A stretch of DNA of 64,000 nt from Octopus vulgaris. Lineage: Eukaryota. The DNA lies in assembly GCA_951406725.2 (NCBI GenBank), contig OX597840.1, positions 2,294,001 through 2,358,000 on the forward strand, read 5' to 3'. The position numbers and the translations under genes were made by a program. Positions 52,769 to 64,000 of the stretch are shown here, one piece after another. A model generated the notes under the pieces. It ran no database searches, had not been told where the DNA came from, and saw nothing but the letters and a program-made list of their open reading frames with translations. Every line of letters starts with the position of its first letter. Positions within the stretch are counted from its first letter, which is position 1.

Positions 52769-53123
52769 TATGTTTGTGTGCGCGTGTGTGCGAGTATCTG
52801 TGTGCATATAGAATATAAACGCAGTTGCCTTGCAACAGTAATACCAGTCTTTATTACTTCCTTTTTTGCTCTCCCTCTCTCTCATCTTCTCTTTCTCCCT
52901 ATCTCTACATCACTTTCTGTCTCTATCTATCTGCCTGTCTATCTAAATATCTATCTTTATATATATACATATATATATATGTATATATATGTATATAACA
53001 GATACCTCACACCTTCACCACCAACAGAAGCAGCATCAGTACCACAAATCTTATACTCTTCATCACCCTATTCCTACATACATACATATATGTATAGATA
53101 TATATTTACACACACACACACAC

Positions 53124-53185
<62 letters not shown>

Positions 53186-53649
53186 GTATATATATATATA
53201 TATATATATACATATATAAAAATATATATGTATATATATATATATATATATGTATGTATTTATATATATATGAATATTATATATATATAATATACATTAT
53301 ATACATACATATATATATATATACATATATAATATACGTACATATGTCTATCATACACTATATATATATATATACATTTGTGTGTATGTGTGTTTGTATA
53401 ACAGTAGCACTCGTGCTAAATTCCCATCCCTCTTTATCTTTCCTCATTCTCTTCCTCTCTCTACATCCCTGTGTCTGTTTGTTTCTCTCTCTCTCTCTCT
53501 AACTATGTCTCTCTTTCTCTCTCACCTCCTCTCTCCCTCTTTCTGCAAACCTTCATACCAACATCAATAATAACACCGTTAATAACACCACAAATCGCAC
53601 ACTCTCTGCCGCATACAAACACTCTCACACACACACACACATTCCCGTC

Positions 53650-53964
53650 TCTCCGTCTCTCTCTCTATCAGTCTCTCTCCCTAAATCTTGCTCTCTGTCT
53701 CTGTCTCTCTTTATGTCTCTCTATCTCTCTCTCTGTCCCTCTTTCTGTTTCTCATTCTGTCTTTGTCTCCCTCCCTGTCTCCCTCCCACTTTCTCTCTAT
53801 CTCTGTCTCTATTCGTGTCTCTCTCAATCTCCCTCTCTACATCTTTGCTCTCTGTCTTTGTCTCTCTCTGTCTCTCTCTCTCTGTCTCCCTCTCTCTCTG
53901 TCTCCCTCTCTCTCTCTGTCCCTCTTTCTGTCTCTGTCTCCCTCCCTGCCTGCCTCCTACTTTC

Positions 53965-54002
<38 letters not shown>

Positions 54003-54170
54003 CCTCTCTACATCTTTGCTCTCTGTCTTTGTCTCTCTCTATGTATCTCTCTCTCTCTCTCTGTCTCTCTTTCTGCCCCTGTCTCACACCCTACCTCCCT
54101 CTCTCTTTCTCTCTTTCTCTCTTTCTTTCCCTCTCCCTCCCTCTCTCCCTCTCTGTCTCTCCATCTCTAC
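53650..54170. repeat. (CT)-rich low-complexity tract with an internal ~175 bp duplication
   Basis: ATCTCCCTCTCTACATCTTTGCTCTCTGTCTTTGTCTCTCT occurs twice. Confidence 0.85.
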
Positions 54171-54726
54171 CTCATTCCGCAAACATTTCAATAAAAGCTG
54201 GCTCGCTGCGATTATTTGCTGTTAATGTGTAATAAAGAACACGTTAAAAGGCAATATTATTCGCCGAGGTTTTCAATACATTGATTACACAGACGCACAG
54301 ACAGACACAAAACCGAACACCCACACACATATACATCCACATCTTTACACACACACACTCGTAGATACATTGAAACATATATACACACATATACACACGA
54401 GCGAGTACAAACAAAAGTCGATCACGCAAACAGACGAAAGCCCATACACACACACACACAGAAACACACACACAAACACACACACATATACTAACGGAAA
54501 AAAGGATACACACACAATTGTCTGTGTGTCCATAGTCCTGTGTGTATATTTGCGTATGTGTATGTGTGTGTGTGTACGTGTGTGTGTGTGTGTGTGTGTA
54601 CGTATGAGTGTGAGTGTGTATGTGTTCACAGGGTCATGCTCACCGCAAAGACACACATACAGACACGGCGAAAAAGATGGAGAGAATGAAAGATATTTTG
54701 GAGTAAATTATACAGATATATATATG

Positions 54727-54829
<103 letters not shown>

Positions 54830-55025
54830 CATATATATATAAATATATATACATATATACACATATATATATATTTATGTATATATATATATATATATAT
54901 GTATATATAAAAACATAAATATTCATATATATATATGTGCATGTATATATGGATACTCATACGTGTATTTTTACGTGTGTGTATGTCTTTGTGTGTCTGT
55001 GTGTTCGACGATGGAACATATGCAC

Positions 55026-55066
<41 letters not shown>

Positions 55067-55081
55067 TATATATATATATGC

Positions 55082-55117
<36 letters not shown>

Positions 55118-55237
55118 ATGTACACATCACCATTCAATTACATGCGATGCACAAATCTACGGAGGTACAAACAGATGACCTGATCTGGTACGCACCCAAA
55201 TGCACAGAAAAACGCTTACACACAAGCACACACACAC

Positions 55238-55301
<64 letters not shown>

Positions 55302-55681
55302 ATACAAGAATATGTATATAAGTGTATGAATATTCATGTGTGTCTATCTATTTAAAATATATATATATAGGTTAGATGCTGGGATAAATGGGAGAAGGGA
55401 CGATAGGTGAGTAGTTGAGAAGGGCGAGATGCGGGTTTCGTGACGAGATTCCATAAACATTTAGCATTTGCAGGAATGGAATCAAATGCATCATCGAAAG
55501 GTCAAATGGAATCGATGAGGTGTGGAATTTCTTAGCATCTGTGTATAGAATTACAGAAATACACGCAGATATAAACACTAATACCCGAAGTCACACACAT
55601 AAATATATATATATGTATATGTATATGTATATGTGTGTATGTATGTACGAATATATGTACACTTACATCCATGTATGCATG

Positions 55682-55713
<32 letters not shown>

Positions 55714-55718
55714 CATAT

Positions 55719-55818
<100 letters not shown>

Positions 55819-56074
55819 AATGGGTGAGAGAGAAAATTATGTAAGTAGATGGTAAGAGTAGAAAAATTAGATACATGCATGTGTGTGTGTTTTCACACAC
55901 ACACACATATATACACACTCACATGTACACACACACACACACATATTTATAGGCAGGTATATGAATGATTCAAATATATATGCACAAATGTACGTTATAT
56001 TTATATATACTCACACACATACATATACATATATTTACATATATGCATATATAGTTACACATATATTCATATAT

Positions 56075-56125
<51 letters not shown>

Positions 56126-56328
56126 TATGTATGTATACTTGTGCTGTGTGTGTGTATGTGTGTTAACATGCCTGTGTGTGTTTTTCTTTGTATATACATA
56201 TATGTATGTATGCGGCATACATACTAAGAAATGCAGGCGATAGAGTTATATGCACACAAGCATAGATACACATACATACATACATATGTACATACACATA
56301 TATGCTTACATATCTACACTCACATATG

Positions 56329-56372
<44 letters not shown>

Positions 56373-56794
56373 AGTATGTCATTTTGTGCATGTATTATTG
56401 TGTATATGTGTATTTGATACCTAATTCTTCTCTCTCCCCTACTATATATAAATATATATATATATAAATATATATATACATATATATATATACTTATAAA
56501 CATGAGTGTGTATATTTGTGTGTCTGTGTGTGTGTGTGTGTGTGTGTTTATGTGTTTGTAAGCACTATATCTGTTTCGTGACATTTCCCAAATGCTTAAT
56601 GTGTGTAGTCACAACATGGTGGCCAATTTAATTGTATTCGTTTGATTCCATTGCGCCTTTTATACGGATATATTTTCATAGCAAACATATAAATTCTACT
56701 CTTTTGTGTCTACACACCATCCCTTCTCCTCTCTTTCTCTCTTTCTCTTCAGTATATATATACATACACACCCAGATGTACATACGTATATATG

Positions 56795-56843
<49 letters not shown>

Positions 56844-56874
56844 TATTTTGTCTATTTTCATAAAGCTTCCCGTT

Positions 56875-57072
<198 letters not shown>

Positions 57073-57441
57073 TATCTATGTACGTATTTATGTGTGTATT
57101 TTTGGGTCGTAACAGTATCTTGATTACTTCGTCTGTTTCCGTTACGTTCCGGTGTTAATCGATATGTTTCGTTCGCATGCTTTACGTTATATAAGACTTG
57201 AAATTCATTTTACGTCTGGCATACTGACTCTTTCAGCTTCTCCTGTTGAAGTCGTCACACACATCGATATTTCGTTTGGAGCATAACATAAATAAGAGTG
57301 TGTCCCGGGAAGCTACATTCAGTGTTACATGTGTTCATATATGTGTATGCGTATATGTATAACCATATATATATATATACATATATAGAAATATATATAT
57401 ATATATGTATACAGGTATAAGTGTATCTCTTTATAGGTGTA

Positions 57442-57485
<44 letters not shown>

Positions 57486-57796
57486 TATATATATATATGT
57501 ATATATAATACGAAATATCTACTATGTATCATATATATTTAATGCATTCTTCATAACTATATATACACGTACAAATATGCATATATATTAATATATATAT
57601 ATGTACATAAATATATATACCTATATATGTATATATATTTATGTGTGTGTGTGCATAAATATATACATTGGTGCCCCAGCATGGCCACGGCCTTCGGGTT
57701 AAAACATTTTAAAGGATTTTAAGGATTTATATGTAAATATATATATATATATATATATATATTTATTTATTTATATATATATATACATATATGTAT

Positions 57797-57844
<48 letters not shown>

Positions 57845-57924
57845 TTATTTATTTATTTATTTATTTGTTTGACGTCACTATATTTTTCAGTTTTTATCGT
57901 CTGTATTTTTGTTATTTTTTATCG

Positions 57925-58078
57925 TTTTTGTTGTTGTTGCTGTTGTTGCTCCTGCTGCTGCTGCACCTGCTGCTGCTGCTGCTGCACCTGCTGCTGCACC
58001 TGCTGCTGCTGCTCCTGGTGCTGCTGCTGATCCTGCTGCTGCTGATCCTGCTGCTGCTGCTGTGGTTGTTGTTGTTGC
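57925..58078. repeat. (CTG/TTG)n trinucleotide array
   Basis: Direct reading. Confidence 0.93.
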
Positions 58079-58144
58079 TCGTGCTGTATGCTGCACTGGC
58101 TGCTCATTTGTTCTCCTGCCTGGTCTTGGCTGAACACGACTTAC

Positions 58145-58254
58145 AACTCTTGTCTCTGCGTGGGCTGATATCTTATGCAGATCTTTGCATAACCTTGATT
58201 GTATTGTATGTTTTTCTTAAGCTGATCAGGAATGCAACGTCCGGCGTGTATTTC
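58145..58254 (-). other. Candidate 110-nt exon of an unidentified gene
   Basis: Unique sequence bounded by CAACAG| and |GTAAGT on the minus strand and open in phase 0; no protein family recognised. Confidence 0.25.
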
Positions 58255-58478
58255 CTGTTGTATGCCACAAGCGACAAGATTATATAACAATAATTTTGTG
58301 GAAATCGAATCAGAATATGCATTAGGCTTTATACATTCTCGATAGATCTCGTCTGCCGGATTGAAAGAGTGAAGATTGAGACGTAATTTTGAGACTACAA
58401 CTTTCTCTCACACTGAACAGATCCACTGGACAACAAGGAGGTTGTTGTGACTAGTAACAGGACCAGCTGTAACAATAA

Positions 58479-58880
58479 CTATTTCTTTATTGCCCACAAG
58501 GGGCTAAACACAGAGAGGACAAACAAGGACAGACAAACGGATTAAGTCGATTATATCGACCCCAGTGCGTAACTGGTACTTAATTTATTGACTCCAAAAG
58601 GATGAAAGGCAAATTCGACCTCGGCAGAATTTGAACTCAGTACGTAGAGACAGACGAAATGCCTATTTCTTTACTGCCCACAAGGGGGTAAACATAGAGA
58701 GGACAAACAAGAACAGACAAACAGATTAAGTCGATTATATCGACCCCAGTGCGTAACGAATTTATCGACCCCAAAAGGATGAAAGGCAAAGTCGACCTCG
58801 GCGGAATTTGAACTCAAAACGTAACGGCAGACGAAATACGGCTACGCATTTCGCTCGGCGTGCTAATGTTTCTGCCAGCT
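58479..58880 (-). mobile_element. SINE family B with two tandem bodies
   Basis: Same organisation as 22870-23272. Confidence 0.9.
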
Positions 58881-59003
58881 CTTCTTCTTCTCCTTCGTCT
58901 TTCTTCTCATCCTCCTCATCCACCTCCTCCCTCTTCTTCTTCTTCTTCTTCTTCTTCCATTCAAGACCACCAACTGTAACAATAACAGAAGCAGCAGCGA
59001 CAG

Positions 59004-59385
59004 TGGAGGCCCAGTGGCCCAATGGTTAGGGCAGCGGACCAATGGTTAGGATCGCGGTTTCAATTCTCAGACCGGGCGTTGTGTGTGTTTATTGAGCGAA
59101 AACACCTACAGCTCCACAAGGCTCCAGTAGGGGGCGGGGTGGAGACCCCTGTTGTACTCTTTCGCCACAACTTTCTCTCACTCTTTCTTCCTGTTTCTTG
59201 TCCCCGACTGCCTACGCAACCGCTGAACCGGGATGTGCATTCATCCTCCGTCGATGCTCTCGGTGTCAGGTGTTGACCTGCTCTCTCTTCTGCGGGTCTT
59301 ACGAATAGCAAAGGACCACGTTTCGAACTTCTCCCATCTTGCGAGCTCTGGGACGAAGACCGTTCGCTCAACAGCAACAGCAACA
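59004..59385 (+). mobile_element. SINE family C with a third tail type ending in (CAACAG)n
   Basis: Family C head and body to ~59197, then an unrelated ~170 bp tail. Confidence 0.78.
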
Positions 59386-59422
59386 GCAGCAGCAACGACA
59401 ACGGTACCAACATCAACAACCG

Positions 59423-59612
59423 TGGAGGCGCAGTGGCCCAGTGGTTAGGGCAGTGGACTCGCGGTCGCAAGAACGCGGTTTCGATTCCCAGACCGGACAT
59501 TGTGATTGTTTATTGAGAAAAAAATACCTGAGCTCTACGAGGCTCCAGCGAGAAGGGTTGGTGAAGCCCGCTGTACTCTTTCACCACAACTTTCTCTCAC
59601 TCTTTCTTCCTT
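59423..59612 (+). mobile_element. SINE family C head and body
   Basis: GGAGGCGCAGTGGCCCAGTGGTTAGGG...CACCACAACTTTCTCTCACTC. Confidence 0.85.
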
Positions 59613-59744
59613 CAGCCTTTCTTTTCCACCCGGTTTCTAACCCTATTCTTTGTTCCATTGTTTGTTTCTGTCATTTGATTGCACCCATGCTGCAGCACCG
59701 CTAGGAAGGGTTTTACTCGAAAAAAATCTACCCCAGGACATAAT

Positions 59745-60160
59745 TTTCTTTTTTTTTTTGGCTTGTATCAGCTTAGAGCTGCGGTCATGCTGATGCACCG
59801 CCGTTTTGTGCTACACTGTTATTACGAAGAACCTCGTCTATTATGTGGCACTTGGTGAAGAATGGAGTTTGATGTAGCTACTCTCATTTGCACCTATTGC
59901 CGTGAGGTAGGTTCATCTGGGACTCTTGACAGGAAGGTGTCCAGCTTTGATTTAAAAACCGCTACATCTACTTTGTGCAAGTTCCTCAGACTCTTTGGGA
60001 GAATATTAAAAAGCTGTGGGCCCCTGAAACACAGGCTGTTGCAGAAGCTGGTCCTGAAGTGTGATGGCATTGTTGGGATCTTTGGCACTATGCAGTGTCG
60101 TCCCGTTCTAGCATTGGTGTAGCTTACAATGCCAAAATTTGGCACAATTGTTGAAGATTA
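59745..60160 (-). mobile_element. CR1/L2-group LINE 3' end with poly-A
   Basis: PNFGI...RTGRHCIVP...RGPQLFNILPKSLRNL..VDVAVFKSKLDTFLSRVPDEP; tail GGCGGTGCATCAGCATGACCGCAGCTCTAAGCTG. Confidence 0.82.
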
Positions 60161-60379
60161 ACACTTATATAATCGGTCACTATTTACCGAATCGCTAGGG
60201 TTACAGGGATGTAAGCAACAAGTGTTAATGGGAGGGGGAAAAATACAGACACAAAGACACACACACACATTTGTAAAAATATATATATAAATTTGATATG
60301 GTAAAACAAACCAGTAAATTGAACAATTATAAATTCAATTAAATTTAAATATTTTATACAAATAAATGACACATCTCAT

Positions 60380-60472
60380 AAGTTACAGCCGTTTCCGCTC
60401 CATTAATAAAACGAAGTTTTTCAAGAATAATCAAATTCGTTTAAATATGTAATGATGCTTCATCAGGTTAGC
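60380..60472 (-). ncRNA. Degenerate type-I hammerhead-like motif with long stem II
   Basis: Minus strand CTGATGA (60466-60460), stem II GC.TCATTA/TAATGG.GC with inner AAACGAA/TTCGTTT, GAAA-CGGCTG-TA. Stem I is poor. Confidence 0.45.
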
Positions 60473-60996
60473 ATACCTTCTTAGCTGTATGTTTATTTTA
60501 TTTACCTATAGAAGAAACGTTGTTATTGTTATTGATATAGGTAATATAAACCAGTAAATTCTTCAGATGTTCAATAACCCTTCGGTGTAACTTACACCTA
60601 GCTAAACTGTTATATATATATATATATATATATTGGTAAAAACGGTAAGATAACAAAAGAAATAAAGAGACCTCAATATTATGTAAATGGAGGACATTTA
60701 TCTGTAAAATAATATGACAATTATTCCGTAGCCAAGATAAAACTCTGAGTTTCGGATGCCGAGGTGGAAATCCACAACACCAGATAACCGATAATATAGG
60801 ATAATTTTTTTCCCAAAAAAATTTCATCAAAATGGCAGCATATTAAACTACCTTTAAATGTGAAAATTATAAGCAATTTTATAAAGAATGGCAACAGAAA
60901 AAAAGATTTCCGTGCCAATATGCTGAGAATTGACTTCAAATCATCAATTACCGCATTACAATATACATTTTCTTTTGCCCTTCTTTATAAAATTAT

Positions 60997-61045
<49 letters not shown>

Positions 61046-61699
61046 TAAATTAAAGAATGGAGTCGAACGAAATTTCTGCAAATGAACCCGGAGTTTCTAC
61101 CCTTGGACAGGTCGCTTCAACCGTGTTTCTGACGTGAATTTGCTACCCTGGTATCGGTTCTACGAATTTCCCTATGCTGACGATAAGCATAGGATAATTC
61201 ATTCACCTATTGAAATATATATATATATATATATTCGACAGGATTCTCTCAGTTTCCCTCTACCAAATCCGCTCAAATTCACTATAATATATATATTAGA
61301 CGATATCATTTATTTTATTGCCATTTTTATATGCTGAGTTCAAGTTCCGTTGAAGTTGACTTTACCATTCATCCTTGTGGGTCAATAAAATAAGTTTCTT
61401 TTGAATACTGGGGCCGATGCTATAGATTTAATCCCTCCCTGTAAAACTGTACCAAAATTTGAAATTATATTATTTATTGCGATATTCACTTCGGGAAACT
61501 CCGTTAAACGACCGTTAATATAACTTAGCTATTCATAGACACTTCGCTGGACTAGCTTTGAATGATTGTGTAAGGTTAGAACAAATTGAGGCAGCAGGCC
61601 AGCATCTTGAAATGAGGTGACTATAAAGTGCTTCGATTACATCGACCGGTACGGGAACGGTGAATATTTTAGAGGTCCCGCTAAAAGCATATTACGCGG

Positions 61700-61947
61700 C
61701 GTGCTAACGTTTCTGATTTCTTTATTGCCTTCAAGGAGCTAAATATAGAGGGGACAAACAAGGACAGACAAACGGATTAAGTCGATTACATCGACACCAG
61801 TGACTAACTGGTACTTAATTTTTCGACCCCGAAAGGATGAAAGGCAAACTCGATCTCGGCGGAATTTGAACTCAGAACGTAAAGACAGACAAAATACCGC
61901 TACGCATTTCGCCCGGCGCGCTAACGTTTCTGCCAGCCCGCTGCCTT
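61700..61947 (-). mobile_element. SINE family B
   Basis: Full body and head GGCAGCGGGCTGGCAGAA. Confidence 0.9.
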
Positions 61948-62689
61948 AAGGCTATATGTAACAATAACTAGAACATTACCATCATGTTTGTGTTCTTGAC
62001 GTTGTTGCTGCTGAGGCCTCCATCATCCTGGTCATTGTTGATATTTTTGGTTTCACGTTCCAGATCATCACTTATTGCATAAAGATTGCCCGGCAATTGT
62101 CAGCCATATTTTATTCAGAAATAAATGTAGCTTGCGCGAGATTATTGTATGCGCATTGAGGGAGAAAGGAATGTTATATCTTGCACGTAGGAGCGACCAA
62201 TTAATAGATCATTCTAGAGGCTCATTTTAGTGTTAGTGTTGCAGTTAGTTAGAGATAACTCGTTTAGTGTAAGTGTTAGAGAAATCGATGTTTCTATGTA
62301 GATGCACGGGGAAAATTTCCATGTGACATCATCGACGGAATGGTGAGAAAGAAAAGACGGAATAATCAGATAGACGGTTAGGGAAATAGAAAGATAGACA
62401 AATAAAGGGTCAGATAAATGAGGAAGAAGGTGGGAGGAAAATTGATACATGGTAGAGGATTAGGGACAAGGAGATAGTAACATAGATAGAGAGTTTTATT
62501 CATAGATAGATAAATAGATTGATAGAGAGAGGGAGAGAGAGAAGAAGGCGAGAAGGATTGGTAAATAGATTGAGAGAGAGAAGGAGAGAGAGAAGAAGGC
62601 GAGAAGGATTTCGGAGAGAGAATGAAATGGATTGAGAGAGAATAGATTGATAGGGATAAGAAAAGAAAAATTCAGATAAATAGTTAGAT

Positions 62690-62723
62690 GGATAGAAAGA
62701 TAGATAGCAAGATAGATAGATAG

Positions 62724-62788
<65 letters not shown>

Positions 62789-62857
62789 CCTAGATCGATC
62801 GATAGATAGATAGATAGACAGACAGATAGATAGATAAATAGATAGATAGATAGATAT

Positions 62858-62893
<36 letters not shown>

Positions 62894-62896
62894 ACG

Positions 62897-62972
<76 letters not shown>
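62690..62972. repeat. (GATA)n microsatellite
   Basis: Direct reading. Confidence 0.95.
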
Positions 62973-63167
62973 CTAAGAGACACAAATAACAAACGGATAG
63001 GTGGAATGTAGAAACCAAACAAGACAGATAGGGGAAAGAAAGAGATGAAGAGCAGAAGGGTAGTTAGAGAGATATGGCAGTCAGATGACCAAAAAGTTGT
63101 TTTTCACAAAGATTGTGTCGCTCCTAACTACATGTTAAAGAGATCACAGATAAGTAAGCTTATATAA

Positions 63168-63228
<61 letters not shown>

Positions 63229-63439
63229 GAATATATAAATATGTATATATATATGTATATATATATATGAATATATAAATATGTATATATATATATATGA
63301 GTATATATATATATATCAGTATATATATATATATATATATACATACGTATGTATATATATATATATATATATATACGACACACAAAAACATATATTAGTA
63401 TGTACGTACAAGCATATATACAAACATATATATATCCAC

Positions 63440-63485
<46 letters not shown>

Positions 63486-64000
63486 GTGTGTATGTATGTA
63501 TATGTATATGTATATACATATACGTGTATGTGGATATGTGTGTGTGTGCGTGTGTGATTTCTACTGTTTATGCATACACGTATCTACATCAACTCGTATA
63601 TTTTTACACATGAAAATAAACGATAAACGTTACACACACACTCATAAAAAAACACACACACACACACACACGCACATGCACAGACACATGCGCATACGCA
63701 GGTATAGAAGAAGTATTTGATGCTAGTCAAAGCAAGAAAAGAGATCCAGGAGTTGGAGGTGGGGTGAGAGGACATTACGTTCAAAGGCACGCACGGCGTG
63801 TGTTGGTTGGTCAGTCGATATTGATTTAATAAGAGCCAGAATCCATCAAAGGGCGACAACTGACAATGAATCGCTTACAACAATTGGCGATAACGAACAT
63901 GATCTTGGGTATCAAATAGCTTCTTGTTCAGAGCTCTGCGGGAGGTTTAGGAAACCGACAGCATGGCCAACTTATATGGCATATATATATATATATATAT

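Noticed and set aside
57919-58137. Poly-Gln ORF
   Set aside because: (CAG)n repeat with a non-ATG start, lying just past a candidate splice donor; no supporting domain.
60735-60790. Minus-strand GAAACTCAGAGTT half-hammerhead
   Set aside because: The palindromic stem III is suggestive, but the CUGANGA box and stem I are missing.

Overview
Eukaryotic (animal) repeat-saturated non-coding DNA, most likely an octopus intron or gene desert. That organism call is my inference from the SINE families and the extreme (TA)n/(CAT)n/(GATA)n load. No intact protein-coding gene is supportable; nearly all ORFs in the track are microsatellite or SINE artefacts. Recognisable content: about 30 tRNA-derived SINE copies from three main families plus one chimeric form; decayed Penelope-like (RT + GIY-YIG), CR1-like, RTE and R4/Dong-like retroelement fragments; Tc1 and Tc3-like transposase relics; a Helitron PIF1 helicase relic; and five long fold-back inverted repeats beside (TA)n tracts. 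The most interesting signal is a set of about 7 type-I hammerhead-ribozyme-like motifs, in several unrelated sequence families, inside short AT-rich inserts in or beside (TA)n tracts. Their catalytic-core 3-8 tertiary pair covaries: C3-G8, U3-A8 and an unusual G3-C8. Also notable: modular SINE head/tail swapping, a SINE-LINE shared 3' hairpin with compensatory changes, an old tandem triplication of an R4-like relic, and a locally templated duplication with minisatellite expansion. All alignments and folds were done by eye and element boundaries are approximate.
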